The translations under genes and the position numbers were made by a program. The notes beneath the pieces are model-generated. The model made no database searches and had not been told where the DNA came from. It saw nothing but the letters and a program-made list of their open reading frames with translations. A stretch of 63,411 nt of DNA, filler included, from Octopus bimaculoides (Eukaryota): assembly GCF_001194135.2 (NCBI RefSeq). It is 6 parts of 4 records of this genome, joined end to end, with 100 filler letters (N's around TTAATTAATTAA, not from the genome) between each part and the next. Parts side by side here need not be neighbours in the genome. Positions count along the whole stretch, not along the records: positions 8,856 to 20,537 come from NC_068991.1; positions 20,638 to 32,334 come from NC_068991.1; 4 more parts are not named here. One strand, given 5' to 3'. Numbering within the stretch: the stretch's first letter is position 1; each line of letters opens with the position of its first letter. Positions 12,991-23,950 of this stretch are shown here, in pieces.

Positions 12991-13220
12991 AAATTTAGTA
13001 AATGGAGTAAAACGCATATGTTAAATGAATTCTTTTATTTCCAACATCTGTTTCGAAGATAACAAATTGTAACTTCCAAAGGAATAGGTGATGTTGATAA
13101 GGATGTAATCTTCTCAACATCACCTATTCCTTTGGAAGGTACAATTTGTAATCTTCGAAACATATGTTGGAAATAAAAGAATTCATTTAACATATGCGTT
13201 TTACTCCATTTACTAAATTT
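12991..13220. repeat. Near-perfect hairpin (111-bp arms, 8-nt loop) made from a PLE terminal repeat
   Basis: 12991-13101 is the reverse complement of 13110-13220 with 4 mismatches; arms share tattcctttggaa and tcttcgaaacatatgt with the hammerhead repeat at 20643-20754. Confidence 0.9.
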
Positions 13221-14394
13221 GTATGTTTACTCAAGTACCCAAAATAACAAGGAGTTTCTACCTCATAAACAGGAGTTACACCACAGTCATTTTGTGATCT
13301 TTGCTACCCTGGTATCTATTAACCAATTTATTTTGTCGGAGTTAATTATTAACTTAGAGAAAATAAATACATATAATAACATATNNNNNNNNNNNNNNNN
13401 NNNNNNNNNNNNNNNNNNNNNNNNNNNNNNNNNNNNNNNNNNNNNNNNNNNNNNNNNNNNNNNNNNNNNNNNNNNNNNNNNNNNNNNNNNNNNNNNNNNN
13501 NNNNNNNNNNNNNNNNNNNNNNNNNNNNNNNNNNNNNNNNNNNNNNNNNNNNNNNNNNNNNNNNNNNNNNNNNNNNNNNNNNNNNNNNNNNNNNNNNNNN
13601 NNNNNNNNNNNNNNNNNNNNNNNNNNNNNNNNNNNNNNNNNNNNNNNNNNNNNNNNNNNNNNNNNNNNNNNNNNNNNNNNNNNNNNNNNNNNNNNNNNNN
13701 NNNNNNNNNNNNNNNNNNNNNNNNNNNNNNNNNNNNNNNNNNNNNNNNNNNNNNNNNNNNNNNNNNNNNNNNNNNNNNNNNNNNNNNNNNNNNNNNNNNN
13801 NNNNNNNNNNNNNNNNNNNNNNNNNNNNNNNNNNNNNNNNNNNNNNNNNNNNNNNNNNNNNNNNNNNNNNNNNNNNNNNNNNNNNNNNGTGAGCGGTAAT
13901 TAGGTCAAGTCATGAAGACAGAATGTGAAAGGGGATAGAGGAGAGATAGAGGCGGAGGATGGTAGCGATATATTTATGGTCAGTTGGTCTTGACAGGGTA
14001 GAGGGGATGAGCATATAGAGTGAAGGTGGAATAGGGGGATGAGGTTAAAAGGTCTAGTGAGTAGGAAGGAATGCGTGTGTGTAGTATATAGGTGGTGGGG
14101 GTATGAGTGATAAACTAAGGACAGAGATAAAGGGAAGGGATGGGTGGGAAAGGTAGTTAGTAGTATCATATTTTAGGATGCTGCCAATCCTATTTATAGA
14201 CGGTGGAAAGGGATTGAAAGAAGTGACGTAGTATGTATGCGTAGGTGGGGTTCTTGTGAATTTGAGAATAGAAGAAATAGATTTGGTGGTATATGTGTGG
14301 TGAGATGATCGAAAGGAAATAATCCTATTCAAAAGATGGTGAAAGATGGATATTTTTGCCAGTTTGAATAGGTTGCCTGTGGGGGGTTGTGCGA

Positions 14395-17050
14395 TTATGT
14401 TGCGTGATCGTTTGTGCAATTTTGCTTGTGATAGAACCTAAATGTGTGAAAAGAGCGGTGGTTGCAGTTGCTAAACGCTTCGTTATATCGATTAAGTAGA
14501 GTGGGAGAATTGTATTTTAAAATATGGAACGCCTCCGTTAGGCAAAGCTTGCAATTGGAGCGCTGGCCCTGGTATGGAGTTCCAGAATCTAAGATGGACC
14601 ATTTTAAGGTGTATTGGGTATTTTTGTTTTTGAGGTGATGAATATGATTGGCTAATGTTGTAGATTTACTGTGTTTGTCGTANNNNNNNNNNNNNNNNNN
14701 NNNNNNNNNNNNNNNNNNNNNNNNNNNNNNNNNNNNNNNNNNNNNNNNNNNNNNNNNNNNNNNNNNNNNNNNNNNNNNNNNNNNNNNNNNNNNNNNNNNN
14801 NNNNNNNNNNNNNNNNNNNNNNNNNNNNNNNNNNNNNNNNNNNNNNNNNNNNNNNNNNNNNNNNNNNNNNNNNNNNNNNNNNNNNNNNNNNNNNNNNNNN
14901 NNNNNNNNNNNNNNNNNNNNNNNNNNNNNNNNNNNNNNNNNNNNNNNNNNNNNNNNNNNNNNNNNNNNNNNNNNNNNNNNNNNNNNNNNNNNNNNNNNNN
15001 NNNNNNNNNNNNNNNNNNNNNNNNNNNNNNNNNNNNNNNNNNNNNNNNNNNNNNNNNNNNNNNNNNNNNNNNNNNNNNNNNNNNNNNNNNNNNNNNNNNN
15101 NNNNNNNNNNNNNNNNNNNNNNNNNNNNNNNNNNNNNNNNNNNNNNNNNNNNNNNNNNNNNNNNNNNNNNNNNNNNNNNNNNNNNNNNNNNNNNNNNNNN
15201 NNNNNNNNNNNNNNNNNNNNNNNNNNNNNNNNNNNNNNNNNNNNNNNNNNNNNNNNNNNNNNNNNNNNNNNNNNNNNNNNNNNNNNNNNNNNNNNNNNNN
15301 NNNNNNNNNNNNNNNNNNNNNNNNNNNNNNNNNNNNGGAGGATATGTTATTAAGGGATGTGTAGGAATCTAGATCAGTGGAATTATAGTTATGACTATTT
15401 GTCCTATCAGTGTTATTATTGGTATTGTTATTGTCTAGAATATTAATGGGCTGGGATCCATTGTGGTTTTGTTCCAGTGTACGAGCGTTAGTGTTAGAAG
15501 AACGTATAATGATGTCCGTGTTGGGTGTATGTGTGGGTCGGGTGCTGGTGCTAGCATAGTTACGGTTGCTTAGGTTTTGGTAATAGAGCGAGAGTTTGTT
15601 TGTTAGAAGCTGCTATAATAGATTCAAAAGTTAGGAGTGGTAGAATACGATAATTTTAAAGTGGATCTGTTGAATATAGAGTGGTATTTGTGTTGTCGTG
15701 GGAAGTTAGAATCTAGTATATTAAAGAAAGATTTGGCTAGGTTCCTAGTGTTAAGAGAGAATGGGAGGGTGTACCACAGGATGGAGCGGCCGCCGCTTTT
15801 TTGGGGGGTTCTGTGCATGTTGTAATTAAGGTGTTTAAGTGGAGGGCAGTTGTCTATACTTTTGGTAGGGCTAGCTGATTTATACATCTTAGATTTGGCC
15901 CTAGTGTTATAGGTGTGATTGTGGGGTCTGCTTGGATATGTGGGTGGTTGGTTGTGGTTTTGATTGATGTTATGTCTTTTGGGTGCGATTTGTGATATAA
16001 ATTGTTTAAGTCTGGTGTTATGGATGTATTTTATTTGTTGTGAGAAACCGCTAGCCGCTAGTGCTTGGTTGTAGTATGGAGCGTGATTGTTAAATATTTC
16101 TTCAGAAGAGGATAGATCAGATAAGTGGGTAGAGATCCCTATGATTTTGTTATCGAAAGTAGATCTATGATGATTAGATTGAATATTGAGGTATTTAAGG
16201 TACTGGTTGGGTTTATGATAGGGGGAGTGTTGCGAGTTAGATAGGTTCAGAGAAACGTCCAAGAAGTTAGCCGTTTTGTATGCGTNNNNNNNNNNATTGA
16301 TAGATTCATACCTGAGAAAAATTTGTGTAGATCCTTTTTTGTCCTCTCAATGGAAGATTTGTTAGTAGTCTTGGTAATAAGTAAAGCGTCATCCCTATAT
16401 AGACCACCATGGATGTTAGGGAAGTGTGATTTTAATTGGTGGAGTATGTACAATCCAACTAAGTCCGTGGCTTGTGCTGAATCGGAAGAACCCATGGTTA
16501 CATCAAATAATTTGTTAGAGCTATTAGTATGTTGATTAGCTCGGCACCAGAGCTTGTTCTCGAAAGCTATAAGAGTTTTGCGAGCGTTGATTATAATGTT
16601 AATTTCTAAAGGTGTAATGTTAGTAAGATTCCTGGCGAAAAGAATGGCCCTATTTAAAAGCTGAGGAGATATAGATGAGTAATAATTGTTGATATCGAAT
16701 TGGAGGAACGAGAAGGAGTCTTTGTTCTCCAGGGTGTGGAACCATGTAATGACCTCCCCGGTGTGGTACCATAGATTTGCGTGTAGTTTCTCCCTGACGA
16801 TTGGTATTATCCTGTCTAAAATGTTTTTACTAATTCTTCCGAGGTCGGATTTTGTAGGGCATATTAGACGAATCGAAGGTTTTGTATTGAAGTCCTTTTT
16901 GTGATCCTTGAGGTTGAAGTGTGGAGGTGTGGGGCAGTACGGTTCTGTTCTGTCGTCCACTTTTAGCTTCTTCATGATTCTGCAGTGATTCTGCAGTGGC
17001 TGGTGTTGACCTCAATTAAGGTGGATGTTGATGCCAGCTTGTATGCTCTC
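14395..17050 (-). mobile_element. Naiad-clade Penelope-like retroelement (RT + linker + GIY-YIG), 5'-truncated and frameshifted
   Basis: RT LKDHKKDF...IRLICPTKSDLGRISKNILD, FLQFDINNYYSSI, FDVTMGS...LVGLYIL, GGLYRDD; thumb DVSLNL...PYHKPN...SNH; ILWYTLPFS...IFNRSTLKLSYS; manual translation of 14682-14395 gives STTLANHIHHLK...YTLKWSIL...PY...CKLCLTE...LLNR...CNH then TAA at 14395-14397. Confidence 0.92.
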
Positions 17051-17203
17051 TTTATTTTTTTGTTTTTATATATTTACATGTACACACGACTTATAATACC
17101 CAATCCTGTTCATACAACGACTGGGGCAAACTAGTCGGTATACAGCACTTACTCGATATTACCTGTATCCTCCTGGGTTTGGTTAAATCCAATACCCTCC
17201 TCA

Positions 17204-17285
<82 letters not shown>

Positions 17286-19707
17286 TGTTTGTGTGTGTGT
17301 GTGTGTGTGTTTGTGTGTGTATGTTTATGTCTGTATGTATGTGTATGTATTTATGTAAAAACACATACGTATTTGTGTGTGAATCTGTGTATGTGTGTAT
17401 GTGCGCGTGTGTAAACTTTGTTATCAAATACGGCCTTGATTCACTTTATAAAGCCGCAAGTGTATCAAAATTGTTGACTTAATGAGAAAACTGTGTTTGT
17501 AGTTTTGTTGACTGAAAGCTGTGAGTTTTTAGTTTGACATAGCGACCTAAAATTGCTATGACTGGACTAAATAAACAGCTCTACAGCAATCACATAACAC
17601 ATCAATACTTGAAAATAAATATTTCATCTCCCGGGATATCAGATGTTTAATGTTTCAGGATATGAAATATTTGATTTATCCGAATATCAAATATCTGATG
17701 ATAACAAGATAGATTACTTACTTTCAGGCAGCACACATGAACGAATGCAATGCAGGTTCAATCTTTGGTCGAAGATAATAGACTTCACCTACATTGCTAA
17801 TAGGAAATGATGAACGTCTCAACACCTTATTTCTAGATTCTCCTAATGACCAGAATGTTTAAAGTTGCCTTACGGAGTGTTACTTGCGACAGGCTGGCGT
17901 ACTGTGCAGAGGAATTTGTAGTTCTCGTCTGTTTGATGCCATATCAAAATAATGCACTGGTTCTCTGTTTCAGGATCCAGAGATATTTGCTTTTTGTTTT
18001 TTAATGAATTGAAATGTTGAAAGAAAGGATTTCACAATATTTTGTTTCATCCTCTGCGTTCTGGGTTCAAGTTCTGTATGAGTCGACTTAACTTTACATG
18101 AATCCAGAAGTGGGTGGTCAAAGAAATAAATACCCTGTATACACAAGAAAAATCCAATCCATTATAACTCTTCTGTGAAATTATATTTTCCTGTATCCTG
18201 TGATTGAAACGGTGGGGATATGCGGAGATAAGACATTTCACTCATATTCAGTTTATCAATTTACTGTGGCAGCATTCATTGTGTCTAACTTCACCTCCTT
18301 CCTATCCTCAGCTTCACAAACCTTACTGTACCCTCTAATTCTTAAAGCTTATTTTCTTTACTATCTGTGATATGTTAAAAGGAGTCACTGTTATATTTTA
18401 TTCCTTTACCTAAACACTGAAAAGAGCAAAGTAAGGTTTTGGCGGACTGAGTCTGCCGGTACAGTTTCGGTTGTAGCTTGTTGCTAATGACTCCATGCTA
18501 CATGAAAATTTCTTCTGCACTTGTGACGATCCGATCTACCTCTAGAACGGTGGAATTGTCTGATACAGAAGATCATAGAATATATCAAAGTAAAGACTTC
18601 GGAACAGTAACTATTCATTTCACTGTTCAGATCTCGTCGAGATCAATCTTGCCTTTTATCCCTCTGTGGGGTTTCAAGAAACTAGTCCAGACAACTCGGG
18701 ATTTATTTACAACAAAATATATTTTCTTCCTTTGTTCTCTACTTTCAAAAACATCTCTCATAGACAGACTGCCTTCAGCTCAGTACCAGATTTAGGCAGA
18801 AATTAAACATGCTACAGTTTGCGGCTTCTCAAATCGTTGAATCCGTGAGATAAAACACATATGCAATTGCGGGGTTGTTTTGTTTTGTTTTTTACCTTCT
18901 GGTGTTTTTTGTGGGATGGGATTTCCAAATTTAGGACCTCACCGAAAATAAATCCGACATTATTCAAACCCGTCATAAAATCTTCCTCTTTCAGAAATCC
19001 TTACTAGTGGCGAAATGGCAAAACCCATTCCTCTGTAGATCTGAACAGATCTGATTTCTGAGATCGGGTTGTGAGAATCCTTACCGCTGCATTCCATAGA
19101 ACATAGCTCTGTGCTTGTCAAATTGTATTCTTGGCTCGGAATCAGTTCTTGTAACAAAATTCAGCAAACGCAATTTCGTTTGACCGTACAAAGCAGATGA
19201 TAGCTTGTTTCTGCTAATTAATGAGCCGTAGACACAAGACCGTACAACTGCCCGCTTTTGTATGTTCCTGGGGTATACTCAAACGAAATCGTGCCCGCTA
19301 AAGCGTACTTGTGACTTGAAAGAGTTAATCGGTTTAACGGACCCTAATTATGTTTTTTCCTTACTTAGGCTTTCCACTCCTGATAGAGTAATAGAGAAAT
19401 TGATAGAGTAATTGGACATATTCAAACCAGGCGAAACCCATTCCTCTGTAGATCTGAACAGATCTGATTTCTGAGAGCGACCCCAAAAAGATGTCTTGTG
19501 AGGTCGCAGTAAGCCGAAACGAGTACCACAAGAGATATTATAGACAGCCTTGTTGTTCTCACTGGACACTTCAACAAAGAAATTTCGTTTCTGTTCTTTT
19601 TATACATCGCTGAATTATGCAAAAAAGGCATGAACATTATAAAATCAGATTTATTTTTTTCTTGTTAATATGATATACTGACTTTGGTTTTATTACTTTT
19701 CTCTCAG

Positions 19708-19868
19708 ACGAGTGGAGGCCGTGCATCTTACTTCAGGTGGAACCCGATAAGTCAACAATCCGCACGATATTCACGCATGCACCTGCCGAGTTAAATATCA
19801 GCAATTACACCATATCGTTGGCTCCGGATTCAATGGAAGGGAAGCAGATATCAGATATTACGAACAAA
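19708..19868 (+). CDS. Internal coding exon; FN-III-like receptor ectodomain segment (IL-17 receptor/Sef- or Torso-like character)
   Basis: Pyrimidine tract + ctctcAG at 19707, open frame xEWRPCILLQVEPDKSTIRTIFTHAPAELNISNYTISLAPDSMEGKQISDITNK, donor AAA|GTAAGC at 19869; the W-x-P ... F-x-HAP ... Y-x-I-x-L spacing recalls IL17RD domain 2 (from memory, not searched). Confidence 0.6.
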
Positions 19869-20091
19869 GTAAGCAAAGCAATTTTGTCAATGGTGCCAAG
19901 CTGTATTGGCCTTTACCGTTCCCTTGGATAACATCAGTCGTGGAGAGAGGAGGCTGGTATGCATTGGGGACTGCTGGTCTTCCCTAAAACGACATTGCCC
20001 GGACTTGTGTCTCAGAGGGGAACCTTCTAAGTGCAATACCATGGTCATTCATGCCCAAAGGGATTTGTCTGTACACACACACACACGCACT

Positions 20092-20156
<65 letters not shown>

Positions 20157-20299
20157 GGCGCAGGCATAGCTGTGTGGTAAGAAGCTTGCTTCCCAACTGC
20201 GTGGCAACTTGGTCCGACCAAAAGCCTTGTGAGTGGATTTAGTAGACGGAAACTGAAATAAGTCCGTCGTATATGTATATGTATGTATGTATGTATATA

Positions 20300-20341
<42 letters not shown>

Positions 20342-20533
20342 TCCCCCCGCCGTCGGTTGACAACCGATGTTGGTGTGTTTACGTCCCCGTAACTTAGCGG
20401 TTCGGCAAAAGAGACCTATGGAATAAGTACTAGGCTTACAAGGAATAGGTCCAGGGGTTGATTTGTTCGACTAAAGGCGGTGTTCCAACATGGCCGCAGC
20501 CAAATGACTGAAACAAGTAAAAAATAAAAGAAT
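20157..20533 (+). mobile_element. Full-length tRNA-derived SINE with internal (TG)n
   Basis: ggcgcaggcatagctgtgtggtaagaag head; tail ggcggtgttccaacatggccgcagccaaatgactgaaacaagtaaaaaaataaaag; many copies in the window. Confidence 0.85.
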
Positions 20534-20537
20534 GTGT

Positions 20538-20637
20538 NNNNNNNNNNNNNNNNNNNNNNNNNNNNNNNNNNNNNNNNNNNNTTAATTAATTAANNNNNNN
20601 NNNNNNNNNNNNNNNNNNNNNNNNNNNNNNNNNNNNN
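20538..20637. other. Artificial scaffold-joining spacer
   Basis: Same 44N/12-mer/44N unit; 12-mer at 20582-20593. Confidence 0.97.
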
Positions 20638-20642
20638 TTTTA

Positions 20643-20754
20643 CTTTTGACATATGTTTCGAAGACAACATTGGCTTTATTCCAAAGGAATAAACGGTGTA
20701 AATGCAATAATTTTATAACACATCCATTTATATGTTATCTTCTCATCAGGAAAG
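20643..20754 (-). ncRNA. Type I hammerhead ribozyme with extended stem II and GUC cleavage triplet
   Basis: CUUUC-CUGAUGA-GAAGAUAACAU...AUGUUGUCUUC-GAA-AC(AUAU)GU-C-AAAAG: 11-bp stem II (one G-U), palindromic stem III, 4-bp stem I with one junction mismatch. Confidence 0.8.
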
Positions 20755-20789
20755 AATTCAGAGCTGGTGGAGCGTGAGAGAAATATAAA

Positions 20790-21256
20790 CTTAGATAAAT
20801 ATGTGTCCATATTGCAAAAAGGACTCCTTCCAATCTTCTCCAGTGGTGAAATGATTTAAGAAGACTATTTATGTCACACGGCTAAAATGACCCAAGATTT
20901 GTTGGATGAGAATGGCGTTAAAAAGCTTCCATGGCCAAGCCAATCACCAGATATGAACCCTATCTCTGGGACATAATGGACATGACACTTCATAAAAAGA
21001 ACAAGAAAGCATCTTCAAAGCCAGATATCTTGAGATTACTGCATGAAACTTGGCTAGAAATTCCGCAAGAGAATATTCATCTGATCAGTAAACATGCTTA
21101 ATAGGGTCCTTGCATTGAAAAATGCAAAGGGCATGTCAACTAAATATTAGATATTTACATTATAACAATTAATAAATAATCTGAATGTATAATTTCAGAT
21201 TTAAATAAATTTTAATGATTATAAGGGTGTCTATTTATTTCTGTCATGTTTGAGTA
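20790..21256 (+). mobile_element. Tc1-like transposase 3' fragment
   Basis: [31 protein letters not shown]...WDIM (Tc1 WPxxSPDxNPIE motif) with stops and deletions. Confidence 0.8.
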
Positions 21257-21289
21257 CATATTTATATATCGTGGGTCCAGATAACATGT

Positions 21290-22030
21290 AAGTGATAATG
21301 CTTTGTATTTTATATTATCTTTTAAACAGTTTTATATTTAGCTTTAACCGTAACAAGGTTTTTATTATAATTGTTAATTACAGGTATTCTTTCATTAGTT
21401 CCTATTTATAAGGATATTTTAGTATTATCTATTAAGTTACTGGTATAAGTTTAACATTAAAGCTTGTAAGGATAACGAATATTTAATACGTATGTAGTAT
21501 TTTAATTATTAACTTTTGGATTATGAAATAGTGTAATTCACTCGGAATTAGTTATATCTTTAGTTATGTTCAATCGAGTTTGTTTTGTTTTGGAGAGAAT
21601 AGAATATAAAAGCTTTCACTGTTATATTAATAACTATGGAAGACTGGTGGGAATATTATCTGTATGGACATCAAGGGCTTGGTCGCTATTTAGTTAAATA
21701 ATTTAGGAGTTAGTTATAGGTTTACTTTTTGAATTTATTTACCGATACTGTTGTACATAGGGTAAATGTGTTTCTTTGTTGTAGTTTAATTAATAGTGTT
21801 AGTGTTTAATCCTTCCTAGAATTAAGATTGAATGAATGTGGTCATATCTAAGGTATGTTTGTTCCCAAACAACACTTATTTTAGTGCTGTTGACACCACC
21901 GGATTGAATGGTACTGCTTAGGTGTCGAAGCCATAGTGATATCCGTGGTGCAGCTGATGATAGAAGTATATTGGATTGTTGGTATGGCTGTTATTGTATG
22001 TGCGGAATAGTTTTATAACACATCCATTTG
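21290..22030 (-). mobile_element. Highly decayed PLE RT-thumb/linker fragment
   Basis: Broken frames give NIPTSL, LNIRYPYKL and ERIPVINNYNKNL, resembling PLE NIPxSL / LxxRGYP / RIPxVxxYN; 22011-22029 is identical to 20711-20729. Confidence 0.45.
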
Positions 22031-22600
22031 ATATATATATATATATATATATATGATATATATATTTCAATGATATATATATATAAACAGTAATTTTTGT
22101 ATAATTATGTATTGTTAATATAACAATACATAAAGACGGGCCAGAGTTGAAGTGCTCAGCATGAGCTAGAATTCATCTTATAGTAAAAATGGATACATAA
22201 GGGTGGAAAATCACAGGAATAATACCATATGTCCAACGCAAGATACAATATGTGTGTTCAATTCCTTCAAGAATCAATAAATGAATTTATAGTATTCAGT
22301 CTCTAAAGTGTCTAAAAGGTACGGTAAAAAGACCAGCAAATACAACGATAAAAACTTTAGAAATATCATGAATGTTTAAAATATTTATTAAAAGAATATT
22401 TATAAATATGCATGATTTCTAAGTTGTATAAAAATATGACAAATTAAAGTTAAAACACTACGATGTGCAAACATACATTACGATATAACATATAATGGGT
22501 AAATATATACGGCATGATGAAGTTACAAATTTACATGTATCATATTAAAAACGTGTACATTAGGACAGGATTAAAAAAAAAAAAGAAAGAAACATATAAT

Positions 22601-22859
22601 ATAAAAGTTAAGTTAAAAATATGCATCTACGGACCGTTTCTGAGATGTGTCTATTAATATGGTGTTGTACTCATATTAGAGATTAGACACTCCCTTCATC
22701 AGGATGATTGTTTTACATATAGAGAGGAAGGAAAAAAATATAGAGAACATAAAAAGTTTAGAGTGATATAATACAATATACAAGTAAAACAACTGGACAC
22801 AACACCTTACAACACCTTACAAACGGTCCGTAGATGCATATTTTTAACTTAACTTTTAT
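22601..22859. repeat. Perfect 39-bp inverted repeat (22601-22639 / 22821-22859) covering the 3' half of the hammerhead
   Basis: aaacggtccgtagatgcatatttttaacttaacttttat is the exact reverse complement of 22601-22639; a 10-bp tandem aacaccttac x2 lies at 22801-22820. Confidence 0.9.
22624..22706 (-). ncRNA. Type I hammerhead ribozyme with long two-part stem II and GUA triplet
   Basis: CAUC-CUGAUGA-A-GGGA-GUGUCUA..UAAUAUG[10 nt]CAUAUUA.UAGACAC.UCUC-A-GAA-ACG(GUC)CGU-A-GAUG: 4-bp stem I, two 7-bp helices in stem II, near-palindromic stem III. Confidence 0.8.
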
Positions 22860-22860
22860 G

Positions 22861-23860
22861 TTTGCATACCTTATATCTGTGGGTTAGAGAGCTTTTGAGG
22901 CATATGCAATAGGTCTATCTTCTTGTATCAATGCTGTGCCAACCCCTCTCATAGAAGCATCGACTTGGAGAGTTACTAGTTTGCGTCTGTCATAGTACTG
23001 CAGAGTTGTCTCCTTACTGATGAGCTTTTTGATTGCGTTAAAATCCTGTGTGTGTGAAGCACACCGATAAAACTCTATGTCATCTTTCATTAGCTCTCGG
23101 AGATTTGCAGTGTAATCGGCCAGGTTAGGTAAGAAGGCTTCCATATAGTGGATGAGTTCCAAGAAGCTTATGAGTTCTTTCTTATCTATGGGTTCTTTGA
23201 TGTCACTGATGGTTTCCACTTTAGCGGGGTCTGGTTTCACTCCCTCTGCATTTGTCTGCATTGAGTTTGATACCTGCTTGTCGAGTTTTCTCCATAGCTT
23301 CACGTAAGTTGAAGTCATGTGTGATTCATCCTTGCCATGCACTTGGATATCGTCCGCTATCCCAATTGCTCCCTTACAGCCTTGGAAGGTCTCATCTGCT
23401 TGGCGCTGGAAGACATCTTGGCTCACCTTCAATCCAAATGGGAGTCGATTGAATCGGTATCTGCCAAATGGTGTGTTGAAAGTAGTGAGCATAGATGATT
23501 GTTTGTCTATCTTTACATTCCAGTACCCATTACTGGCATCCAGTTTGCTGAATATCTTATATCCAGCTAATGATGGTGTGATTTCTTCGAGGTTTGGAAT
23601 TGGATAATAATCTCGTGTTAATGCCTTGTTCAGATCCCTGGGTCGAGGCATATTCGTAGGGTACCATTGGGTTTTTCTTTAATTACTGTTGAATTCACCC
23701 AGTCAGTTGGTCGTATCACTTTGGTAATTATTCGCTTTTTTGTTCATTCTGTCCAACTCTGCCTTCAGCTTCTGTCTTAATTCTAGCAGAACGCGGCGAG
23801 GTGGGTGAACAATTGGTTTGGCATTGGGGTCGACTGTTATTTGGTATTTTTTTTTTACGG
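22861..23860 (-). mobile_element. Ty3/Gypsy (Mag-like) pol fragment: RT and RNase H, frameshifted and 3'-truncated
   Basis: PPRRV...LKAELDRM...WVNS...LRICLDP / RDLNKAL...FSKLDASNGYW...RYRFNRLPFG...IADDI / VDAS..GVG.ALIQ..RPIAYASKAL. Confidence 0.93.
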
Positions 23861-23950
23861 TTACCATTTCTCATCTCATGTACATTTATTGTACCGACTG
23901 CCAAGAATTCCTCTCCTGAGGTGTTTTCTTCCTGTTGTTGGGCATGTACG

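Noticed and set aside
15624-15626. In-frame TGA in the Naiad ORF as possible selenocysteine
   Set aside because: It is not at a Cys position, and homology continues in the +1 frame (ESIIAASN), so it results from a frameshift
17140-17200. Minus-strand UUGAGGA-GGGU..UUGG...CCAA.ACCC hairpin upstream of the Naiad
   Set aside because: A stem II-like helix is present but there is no GAAA or cleavage site; too decayed to call
19348-19569. Minus-strand ORF containing LNMSNYSI, similar to LNISNYTI in the plus-strand exon
   Set aside because: Similarity is limited to about 8 residues with no splice-site support; likely chance
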